From Promethearchaeota archaeon (GTDB lineage Archaea; Asgardarchaeota; Thorarchaeia; Thorarchaeales; Thorarchaeaceae), in NCBI GenBank assembly GCA_014728035.1, contig WJMJ01000170.1:1-24196 (forward strand): a stretch of 24,196 nt of DNA. Reading direction: 5' to 3'. Positions within the stretch are counted from its first letter, which is position 1; the number at the start of each line of letters is the position of its first letter. Of the stretch, positions 18,201 to 24,196 are shown piece after piece. Position numbers and translations under genes: made by a program. The notes beneath the pieces are model-generated. The model was not told the origin of the DNA. It ran no database searches and saw only the letters and a program-made list of their open reading frames with translations.

Positions 18201-18432
18201 TATTGGTGATAAAGATCCAGATAGAGCATTCCCACGTAAATTCTGGGATCAATTTAAGAATTTCTCTGATGTTCTTAAGAAATCAATGGGTCTTGGGAGT
18301 ATGAAAAAGGCCATAGAAGAATATGACACGGAAGGCATTCAAGAAATAATAGATGAATTGTCAAGCAGAAACATAAAATTGTCTCCAAGAATTATATCTG
18401 ACGTGCAGGAATGTATTGAATCTGTACGATAG
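12268..18432 (+). CDS. 2054-aa charged, probably helical protein of unknown function (candidate internal virion protein)
   Basis: Uninterrupted 6.1-kb ORF, D/E/K-rich, with coiled-coil-like segments and an internal duplication. No catalytic motif was recognised. Confidence 0.85.
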   Translation: MSGEIMIDKILESSLDRLDEAYNILLEDHVVTEETAELIDQDPAEIYKQQRLSPTYLYGALSELMNNYRFGSYLSTASSMLEYSAYVLDRQVPIKNKLIEQGEDETTAGIDSLNLAIQEIVREREEYIKELMDKGYSLEKATTEVNRNKPLLNRVPRTDQMSVRSQVSGEQEIFMHAKKIGVEGVEPSLSEAHIGSRKIDVQRYLESLHRITEVEKTDPAWHEVDISKMVIFGDIKTNITSSPIRIRKKREELGALMAAAERKIAQYSESEDPMDAAKLKDKEAELDKYKSLKSQLSVGVWRPTDLNELAYGTPSADIKYSGAESQLEEISFRPDEVSTEKPENLTGLFPKLYYMIGGYDSKIQQESIGMDVWREELVEAGAGRYHLKNLIDKEKRGREADLDEETKQKIDKYENMIDEWKQHSGDLRKISVDLYQIVVKYLVDRIDGARDRYHKRKVEFKGNKEIIDKINSDLDILDGIVPEDPSQNIELVIGNTRFVKGKDNKNEYGKWSDGSDISDPADRSRMLHITSSLYDVDLDSSYNVGSIFKRVSVAKMMAQCVDNSIYMWVLNKVFDNIYKYADPDKYGVANIGSDPGVVNKFICSIDQSDSIYGIDSRFSWYLIPFIDNHKSKANRYFSESHEIVSSTEIFQGKEEPISFSDFENWRSGVLDFEDKQIVRDKSGNPIKIGGEGFDRYLNAALYDMSRKGKVDLEYLQLDLPESISETSDNRDSIKEEYDNCLGAIEDIKERISNAKDQSAAAELQVALEKEQERCQKLFGMMRKLDISLENMQKESNNLWNAIFDRAKELQQTSPDALAALEKVNMNKFNNEAFQSWLEETGRQEKLDSIYEKYIDDNKIESELRKMLKTYKDEFIEETEEDGEIHIEPEVKNLVINLAHGVEYGDEKVNAPYEKYDYKRLAEITNERIDEINTEAFQSWLKETGRQEELDKVHEESEIRKKMLKDYKDEFIDEGRNLSKVTPEDVDMILGGSKIDRSNMLSYAVNSLRQLASKSAKTNVREKVAPVMRDMVERDGKTNKFIRAIIESLTAIVETHIVQCSQTVMFGGGGTKTGVSYKDEDGYLRMPPGWDPGELYGRRSNPYAAIRSLAKQIDRISSDDRYSEDQKEEEINKRKEMIKLYSRKMEQDPKARKVANRAHLINSINNPFLPINQDRLSKLMSKMEDFYNGYDVEWETYDVTLPSGDTQMVSEPDMVDFLHKNTPLMQSMGVNVARVVLRYLTETPRSVAIAGIPERLPTDRSKDITDLGAMNASNVITSMLGMIGAKDYLHGRDEEDEDGNKYHIDGLMDVMESQGLTKYLEDISVPSRIVPQLAMELALWVNGQKAKGGLDIDGAKLVREHIRNKLFDYISASIPTPKGELDRSSINARRDIVNKINKASNKVVEQMIKLSTPDADEILDGQKEFDNVVDMFARMKSGMLRLKDSDLHYSAADEADVNVINDLINSANSFRETGNIEELKKTYKNFLNLCNDLAVKKDSERVFADATQHLGNIDRLDNLSYLVSKMDRADGEEREDIKTSITTLIDELSDRGVILSGDLGSLPALMDSAANSRKDEMNRIESIIGRYANIPRDYTDYTISIPELENTEGDKVKIGIDTDLVSTVYSKLNEIRNVALAIGDYHRARETIETENPESAEYEDALARKEQAYETIHVSMGKIASDIGETPGAKLDTQGGIIHKFTGELDKFSKEYKGRLGLYDKLIDIRNDLLGQGLSDDQIREGYVNIYRKLLQSAKVYNLEPRHVASELADRFRKYIEFKREQHRTRREAFGGIEIDTILYVPGSSEPLEVSIYPMENVYDKVSKTLDSGISLEATLINPQKFINSGEGVLSIKYDNVQEMEKGETETEIAPEEEYSIDANMTIRSAVEIDIDKHDEIITYLNQSGKKPVIIKKTKKGEFCWDKLRDSVNDLIDETKPLLEKMRSDFSGLAKKFGSDELANAVEHYDLDRMRSIADHLIDIGDKDPDRAFPRKFWDQFKNFSDVLKKSMGLGSMKKAIEEYDTEGIQEIIDELSSRNIKLSPRIISDVQECIESVR

Positions 18433-18453
18433 ATATTTTTAGTGTTTTATGCT

Positions 18454-18466
18454 GATCAAAAATATA
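18454..18466 (+). promoter_or_regulatory. Putative late-promoter motif GATCAAAAATATA
   Basis: Intergenic, upstream of the acidic protein. It is followed by CTGAGAC, similar to CCAGAGAC after the 12249 copy. Confidence 0.4.
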
Positions 18467-18494
18467 CTGAGACCACTATTTGAAGGGGTACGAA

Positions 18495-19226
18495 ATGAAA
18501 AAATTAGCTTATGCCGATGAAGATCTTACTTCTTCTGTGAAGGAAGTAATCAAAGAGGCCGAAGAAATGAACGACAAAGAAGTCGAGGCCGAATATGGAG
18601 AGATATCCGACATTGCCGACAAGATGGAAATGGATGACGAGGATTTAGAGGGTGAGGCTGAAGACACAGAGATCACTTTCGAATATGATGCTCTTGTCAA
18701 TCTTGTTGGTGAAGACAAGGCCCAGATATTGTATGACAAATGTGAAGAAAAAGGTCCTGGTGTTCCTTTGACAATCGAAGATGTTGAGGAATGTTGCCCA
18801 GAAGCCGAAGAAATGACCCCAGAAGAAGGTGAACTGGAAGGTTACGAAGAAGGTATGGCGGTTGGTGCTGAGGAAGCAGCAGAGGGTCCCGATGAAGTTG
18901 AGGAATTTGAAGAGGGATTTGAAGAAGCCGTCGAGGGCGAGGGCGAGGGCGAAGAAGATGATATTGAAGCTGTTGGGTATGGAGATGATGGGGAATGCCC
19001 AGAGTCTGGCGAAGATGAATGTCCAGAGTCTGGCGAAGATGAATGCCCAGAAGCAGGAATGGATTCTACCGGGGCGATGGAAACTGGTGCGGTTCCTGAG
19101 GGTGGCGAGCAGATAATGGATGACGAAGTCGAGGCAGGAGAGGATGAAGATCCACATGCTGCTGCATTAGCAAGAAAGGGTGAAGACGAAGACCCACATG
19201 CTGCTGCTTTGGCCCGGAAGGACTAA
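18495..19226 (+). CDS. Highly acidic low-complexity protein with internal repeats
   Basis: E/D-rich, with ECPESGED repeats and a duplicated GEDEDPHAAALARK. ATG 18495 follows AAGGGG. Confidence 0.8.
   Translation: MKKLAYADEDLTSSVKEVIKEAEEMNDKEVEAEYGEISDIADKMEMDDEDLEGEAEDTEITFEYDALVNLVGEDKAQILYDKCEEKGPGVPLTIEDVEECCPEAEEMTPEEGELEGYEEGMAVGAEEAAEGPDEVEEFEEGFEEAVEGEGEGEEDDIEAVGYGDDGECPESGEDECPESGEDECPEAGMDSTGAMETGAVPEGGEQIMDDEVEAGEDEDPHAAALARKGEDEDPHAAALARKD
18993..19053 (+). repeat. 24-nt coding tandem repeat (ECPESGED, about 2.5 copies)
   Basis: GAATG[CT]CCAGAGTCTGGCGAAGAT at 18993 and 19017, with a partial copy at 19041. Confidence 0.9.
19137..19220 (+). repeat. 42-nt coding tandem duplication (GEDEDPHAAALARK x2)
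   Basis: The two peptides are identical and differ only at synonymous positions. Confidence 0.9.
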
Positions 19227-19570
19227 CGTTCCAAAAATATATTCAATATTGCAAATACTATTTCTATTTCTACCCCACTTCCAATTCGAAGTGGGGTAGA
19301 AATTATCGGTCTCATTTTTGAATTTTCTAATCCATCCACCAACAATTCTATTTCTGCTACTAGTTTGCTATTTTCATATTTTAAAGAATGTGTTAGATGT
19401 GTTATATCTGTTGTGCGACCAACATGATCTCTGTTTAATATCCCCCCCTTTTTCGGGCATTTTTTATTAAATTCGTCAATTGCGTTTAGAAAAGTTTGTA
19501 AAATATATTTATTATTGTTCTCTGTACATATTATCCCATTTTCTTCTTTTAGTTTTATCGAGAATTCCAT
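19223..19570 (-). CDS. Hypothetical protein resembling a degenerate T4 gp21-type prohead protease
   Basis: N.N.Y....F..AI.EF...G.L...ITH....L..E...L.AEIELL loosely follows the gp21 pattern. The catalytic Ser motif was not recognised. Confidence 0.4.
   Translation of the reverse strand: MEFSIKLKEENGIICTENNNKYILQTFLNAIDEFNKKCPKKGGILNRDHVGRTTDITHLTHSLKYENSKLVAEIELLVDGLENSKMRPIISTPLRIGSGVEIEIVFAILNIFLER
19266..19303. terminator. 16-bp perfect inverted repeat where convergent transcription units meet
   Basis: ATTTCTACCCCACTTC-CAATTC-GAAGTGGGGTAGAAAT. There is no immediate U-tract on either strand. Confidence 0.5.
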
Positions 19571-20763
19571 AATTTTTCGTTTCCTTTCATTAGATCTATT
19601 TCATCCCCATTAACCGGTTCGAATAATTTAACTGGGAATTTCGTGTATATGTCAATGTTTTGTCCATCCATGTATTTGCCATGACCTAATTGTTCGCATC
19701 CCTCGTAATGGCAGTCTCTTAGCCAGTTTGGTATTCTAATGTCTTCTGATAGATCTAATTTTATGGATTTATTTATTGCATCATGTGCTGCTTTTGATCG
19801 TGGATTCATTGCTAAATAGGCGGTAGCAGAAGAAAGTATTATTTTAGCTTCTGGCAGTCCCACTATTAGAGCTGACTTCACTGCTGCATAAGTGTGTATT
19901 AGTGCTATTGGATTACAACACCCAACATCTTCTGACGCCGTTACCAATAATCTTCTACATACTGATTCTATATCGCCATTTGTGTTTATTATTTGCCCTA
20001 GCCAAAATATTGCTCCATCTACATCGCTAGCTTGTATCGATCCCTGTAACGCTGACAAACCATCATAAATAGCTGTGTCTTTATCTATGGTTGAGAATTT
20101 GGTTGGCATTACTTGCTTACATGTATCTATATTTATTTCATTTCCGGATTCAACAATAAATTCTATCGCAGTGATTATTCTTCTAGCATCTCCGCCAGAC
20201 ATAGACAACAGGTATTGTGCTGATTTTTTATCAATGCCTACGTTCTTATCTTTATAATATTGTATCGTTTTTTTTATTACTTGTAGCATATCTTTTTTAG
20301 ATAATGGTTTGAATTCAAATATAATGCTCCTAGATATTAAAGCATGGTTTACTGAGTGAAACGGATTTTGTGTTGTTATTCCTATAAGAATTAATGTCTG
20401 ATTTTCTACGTGCGGTAGTAACAAGTCTTGTATGTTCTTTGGAAATCTGTGCAACTCATCTATTGCTACTAATGTTTTCTTCTTTTCCAGGTCTTTTGAG
20501 ACTTTTGCTCCGTTTATTGCTTCTCTTACATCTGCGGTTTTGGCAGTTGTTGCGTTCATTCTAATGAAATTAGAATTTGTTTTGTTTGCAATTATCTCGG
20601 CGAGGGTGGTCTTTCCTGTCCCAGACGGCCCAAACAATATCATGGATCTTATTGAATCATTGTTTATGGCATTCTTGAGAATAGAATTCTTGCCCAACAA
20701 ATGACTCTGTCCTAAGAATTCGTCGAGGGACTTTGGTCTCAATATATCTGCCAATGTACTCAT
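19555..20763 (-). CDS. rarA: Replication-associated recombination protein A (RarA/MgsA AAA+ ATPase)
   Basis: LAD.LRP.SLDEFLGQ.HL, Walker A GPSGTGKTT, IDELHRF, TTQNP, GDAR, ASEDVG, GLPEA and IP.WLRD.HY.G motifs. Confidence 0.95.
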   Translation of the reverse strand: MSTLADILRPKSLDEFLGQSHLLGKNSILKNAINNDSIRSMILFGPSGTGKTTLAEIIANKTNSNFIRMNATTAKTADVREAINGAKVSKDLEKKKTLVAIDELHRFPKNIQDLLLPHVENQTLILIGITTQNPFHSVNHALISRSIIFEFKPLSKKDMLQVIKKTIQYYKDKNVGIDKKSAQYLLSMSGGDARRIITAIEFIVESGNEINIDTCKQVMPTKFSTIDKDTAIYDGLSALQGSIQASDVDGAIFWLGQIINTNGDIESVCRRLLVTASEDVGCCNPIALIHTYAAVKSALIVGLPEAKIILSSATAYLAMNPRSKAAHDAINKSIKLDLSEDIRIPNWLRDCHYEGCEQLGHGKYMDGQNIDIYTKFPVKLFEPVNGDEIDLMKGNEKLWNSR

Positions 20764-20854
20764 ATTGCTTTATATCTTAACACAAAATTGTATTAGATGT
20801 TTCTAGATGATTGTTCGAGACAAAAATACAGAAACGTAAACAGAGAGGACCAAA

Positions 20855-21262
20855 ATGCCTAAAGAATATAATTCTGATCTGCAGGAACTGATGTACAAGA
20901 TTAAGAACAGTGTTACTTGCTCATGTCTGTTTGCGCTAGAGAATAATTTTAACAAGGTTGGTCTGACTCTTCAGACTACTACCAAGAATAGAATGATATT
21001 GTGTAAAATCAAAAACAGTAGGCCTTACTGCAAAGAATTTATGGATGATTATATATTTGTTGGATCTGCTGATGAAGATAGAGAACTAAGCAAAAGGGCA
21101 GTGGAATGCATAATTGAATTTGTAATGAATGCAGCTTCAGACAAACCTGCCAAAATAAAGGATGAGCAAAGAAATTGGCAGGATGGTATAAGTCTATATG
21201 GGAAAGTGATACTTGTAAATGAAGATGTAGAGGCCGTTGCTGGTAACCCATTAATGGATTAA
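20855..21262 (+). CDS. Hypothetical protein
   Basis: GAGGA RBS. First gene of the divergent plus-strand block that ends in the fiber gene. Confidence 0.7.
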   Translation: MPKEYNSDLQELMYKIKNSVTCSCLFALENNFNKVGLTLQTTTKNRMILCKIKNSRPYCKEFMDDYIFVGSADEDRELSKRAVECIIEFVMNAASDKPAKIKDEQRNWQDGISLYGKVILVNEDVEAVAGNPLMD

Positions 21263-21264
21263 TA

Positions 21265-21816
21265 ATGCCATATAATTTCCCGATACCAAGATCTAGAGGG
21301 TGTCAGCCTCCTAGAGAAGACAGTGAAAATAAATGTACTAGTGGATGCCTCGGTAACGAAGAGTTCTTCGTTAACGATATGATTTTGCATGCATTAATTG
21401 GCAGAGTAACTGCAAACAACGGAACTACTTACGAATTCGAGACTTTATATGATCCAGAATTAAAAGCAATGGAGGTAGACATACCTAGTTGCTATATGGA
21501 TTATCTCGAGACTGTCCAGGTTGGTCCTAATATACAGAGATATTTGCGATGGTTGATAGGCATAGCTTTTGGTGGATTGGCTAGCAATCTTTATTGGGCA
21601 GGCGAAGATGAGCTGGTTGACCTCGGTGGTGGGGTTTGGCAAACTCCACATGATTTCTTTGACGAGACATTGGCTGTGTTCGTTAATGGCAAAAAGGTCG
21701 ACAGACACAGATCAAACGGTTTTGAAGTCCTGAGTGACAATACTTTCAAAATGAAAGATACACACCCATCTAGTTGTGGTGCTAAAATTTCTGTGGGATA
21801 CATGAAAAACGAATGA
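21265..21816 (+). CDS. Hypothetical, probably structural protein
   Basis: The C-terminal beta-rich module (TLAVFVNG....F..) is of a kind seen in large-phage tail proteins. ATGA overlap with the fiber gene. Confidence 0.6.
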   Translation: MPYNFPIPRSRGCQPPREDSENKCTSGCLGNEEFFVNDMILHALIGRVTANNGTTYEFETLYDPELKAMEVDIPSCYMDYLETVQVGPNIQRYLRWLIGIAFGGLASNLYWAGEDELVDLGGGVWQTPHDFFDETLAVFVNGKKVDRHRSNGFEVLSDNTFKMKDTHPSSCGAKISVGYMKNE

Positions 21817-24196
21817 GCGACGTAGATCCTGATGCTTTACAACAAGACTTTCAAATCTCTGGTTCGTGTAATTATGACGATACCATAGTTAATCCACATG
21901 ACCAAGGTGTAGCTGAGGGGCAAGACAATCTTGAGGGCGACCTGAATATGCTCAGGACGCTCTTGAGAATACTTCTTGGAACAACTAATTGGTATGATCC
22001 GCCGGAGATGACCATTCAGGACATCTCCGACAAGATGATACCAGAACCAGTTCATCCATCTGGTTTTGATGGTGTAACTGTATCCGGTGGTAGTACCACT
22101 GCTTTTGACTCCGCAATTAAAACAATTACTAATCATAATTCTGGTGTTGGAAGCCCAACCACAGACGGGGTGGTTGTTGATTCTACACGTTCTCATGTTC
22201 TTCATGTTAGAGATAGTTCAACACATGATCCTATCGACGATGGTGCCGGTAACAAAGTTTACGGGCGCTTATCTTATGGCGCCGGAACCTACACAGTTAC
22301 ATTCTATTCTTGGGTTGGTGGAGTAGAGACACCATATACGTTTACTGCTCCGAGAGATGTTGATCTTGGTTATGTACTCGTTTCAAGAAGATACGAGGAT
22401 CTGGAATGGGATAGATTTTTTGACCTTGAATTCCAGGATAATATTACTGGAGTTGGTGGTTATCAAGGTTATCAAGGACCAGCCGGAATAGATGGAACCC
22501 AGGGTCCTCAAGGGTGGCAAGGCCAAGTCGGAGTTACTGGTTTTCAAGGTCCTCAAGGATTCTTTGGCCCACAGGGTTATTCTCCACAGGGACCACAGGG
22601 TTTCCAGGGATCAGGTTTTCAAGGACCGCAGGGAAATGAGGGGAACGATGGAATTCAGGGTCCACAAGGTTCTGGATACCAAGGCCCAGCTGGAATAGAT
22701 GGAACCCAAGGTCCGCAGGGTTTTCAAGGTCCGCAAGGTTTAGGCTTCCAAGGCAACAGTGGTATTCAGGGACCACAGGGCTTTGGGTTTCAGGGATTTG
22801 TAGGCACACAAGGACCTCAAGGTTGGCAAGGAACACAAGGTAACCAGGGGACATCCGGGACACAAGGACATCAGGGTTTTGGTTATCAGGGTGTGCAGGG
22901 GCCAGCAGGTATAGACGGAACCCAAGGTCCACAGGGAGTAGACGGAACTCAAGGTCCCCAAGGATGGCAGGGCCAAATAGGATCTACTGGTTTCCAAGGT
23001 CCTCAAGGATTCTTTGGTCCACAGGGTTATTCTCCACAGGGACCGCAAGGCCATCGTGGGTTCCAGGGAGTAAGAGGTGTACAGGGGCCACAAGGAAATC
23101 AAGGAATACAAGGTTTTCAAGGTAATGATGGCCCACAAGGATTTCAGGGATTACAAGGAAATCAAGGTAATCGTGGTTATCAAGGATATCAGGGATCATT
23201 CGGAGTAGATGGAACCCAAGGTCCGCAAGGGTTTCAGGGATGGCAAGGCAAAATTGGTCAGCAGGGTAATCAAGGACCTCAAGGATGGCAAGGATCTATT
23301 GGTTATCAAGGCAACCAGGGTAATCAAGGAAATCAAGGTGATTTTGGACCACAGGGCTTCCAAGGGTTAGTTGGTACGCAAGGAACTCAAGGGGATCAAG
23401 GTCCGCAAGGCAACCAGGGTAATCAAGGAAATCAAGGTGAATTTGGGCCGCAAGGCTTCGGTTATCAGGGTGTACAAGGACCAGCAGGGACAGATGGAAC
23501 TCAAGGTCCACAGGGATGGCAAGGTCAAATAGGATCTACTGGTTTCCAAGGTCCTCAAGGATTCTTTGGTCCACAGGGTTATTCTCCCCAAGGCCCACAG
23601 GGTTTTCAAGGGAAACGTGGCTTCCAAGGCCCACAGGGCAATCAGGGTTGGCAAGGGGAAGTTGGGCCTCAGGGGTTTGGTTTTCAAGGAGCAAGAGGAC
23701 CACAAGGTAACCAAGGCAATCAAGGTTGGCAAGGTAAAGTTGGACCACAGGGGACTACAGGGCCACAAGGAAATCGGGGTTTTCAGGGAGTTCGTGGCAC
23801 ACAGGGGAATCAAGGAAAGCGTGGTTATCAAGGAATAAGGGGTCCAGGGCGGCAGGGGCCACAAGGCTGGCAGGGTAAGCGTGGTTTCCAAGGCAATCGC
23901 GGATTTCAGGGTAACCAAGGCAACCAAGGAAATCAGGGCTGGCAAGGTGAATTTGGGCCGCAAGGCTTCGGTTATCAGGGTGTACAAGGACCGGCAGGGA
24001 TAGACGGAACTCAAGGTCCCCAAGGATGGCAGGGCCAAATTGGATCTATTGGTTTTCAGGGTCCTCAAGGATTCTTTGGCCCACAGGGTTATTCTCCACA
24101 GGGACCACAGGGTTTCCAGGGATCAGGTTTTCAAGGACCGCAGGGAAATGAGGGGAACGATGGAATTCAGGGTCCACAAGGTTCTGGATACCAAGG
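21813..24196 (+). CDS. Collagen-like fiber protein, 3'-truncated by the window end (not in the ORF track)
   Basis: Translated by hand from MSDVDPDALQQDFQISGS. About 215 aa of non-repetitive sequence precede Gly-X-Gln triplets from 22458 to the end. No stop codon was seen. Confidence 0.92.
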   Translation, partial: MSDVDPDALQQDFQISGSCNYDDTIVNPHDQGVAEGQDNLEGDLNMLRTLLRILLGTTNWYDPPEMTIQDISDKMIPEPVHPSGFDGVTVSGGSTTAFDSAIKTITNHNSGVGSPTTDGVVVDSTRSHVLHVRDSSTHDPIDDGAGNKVYGRLSYGAGTYTVTFYSWVGGVETPYTFTAPRDVDLGYVLVSRRYEDLEWDRFFDLEFQDNITGVGGYQGYQGPAGIDGTQGPQGWQGQVGVTGFQGPQGFFGPQGYSPQGPQGFQGSGFQGPQGNEGNDGIQGPQGSGYQGPAGIDGTQGPQGFQGPQGLGFQGNSGIQGPQGFGFQGFVGTQGPQGWQGTQGNQGTSGTQGHQGFGYQGVQGPAGIDGTQGPQGVDGTQGPQGWQGQIGSTGFQGPQGFFGPQGYSPQGPQGHRGFQGVRGVQGPQGNQGIQGFQGNDGPQGFQGLQGNQGNRGYQGYQGSFGVDGTQGPQGFQGWQGKIGQQGNQGPQGWQGSIGYQGNQGNQGNQGDFGPQGFQGLVGTQGTQGDQGPQGNQGNQGNQGEFGPQGFGYQGVQGPAGTDGTQGPQGWQGQIGSTGFQGPQGFFGPQGYSPQGPQGFQGKRGFQGPQGNQGWQGEVGPQGFGFQGARGPQGNQGNQGWQGKVGPQGTTGPQGNRGFQGVRGTQGNQGKRGYQGIRGPGRQGPQGWQGKRGFQGNRGFQGNQGNQGNQGWQGEFGPQGFGYQGVQGPAGIDGTQGPQGWQGQIGSIGFQGPQGFFGPQGYSPQGPQGFQGSGFQGPQGNEGNDGIQGPQGSGYQ
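22458..24196 (+). repeat. Collagen G-X-Q repeat region with higher-order modules
   Basis: The module G[IVT]DGTQGPQGWQGQ.G..GFQGPQGFFGPQGYSPQGPQG starts at 22485, 22935, 23487 and 23997. Confidence 0.92.

Noticed and set aside
12744-19157. Antisense ORFs within the giant and acidic genes
   Set aside because: They overlap longer, better-supported genes and have shadow-frame composition.
21837-24068. Many short ORFs on both strands over the collagen region
   Set aside because: They are shadow frames of the long G-X-Q gene starting at 21813.
1-24196. tRNA genes, stop-codon recoding, diversity-generating retroelement
   Set aside because: No cloverleaf was seen in the short intergenic gaps. Genes are full length in the standard code. 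There is no reverse transcriptase, and repeat differences are not adenine-specific.

Overview
This AT-rich, gene-dense window looks like part of a large tailed-phage genome, probably from an anaerobic, peptidoglycan-containing host (inferred). From left to right it holds: a GC-rich CRISPR-like mini-array with a structured flank; a minus-strand operon (C39 peptidase, truncated JAB-like protein, aldo/keto reductase); a plus-strand metabolic block (3D-domain protein, DHH phosphoesterase, metallophosphoesterase, HExxH protein, zinc ribbon, topoisomerase IB, glutaredoxin, class III ribonucleotide reductase); a 2054-aa protein; an acidic repeat protein; a possible degenerate prohead-protease paralog; rarA; and a collagen-like fiber gene that is missing from the ORF track and runs off the end. 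The main finding is an anaerobic RNR (NrdD) encoded in three genes. Its core is split by an atypical intein (Ala1, terminal Gln) with a free-standing endonuclease gene between the halves. The core also lacks its glycyl-radical loop, which is instead on a separate 107-aa gene upstream. A shared N-terminal M[KR][LM]xx[IL]xE leader and an upstream CAAA(AA)TA[TC]A motif suggest a set of late-expressed, capsid-packaged enzymes. All family calls are from motif recognition by eye; no searches were run.
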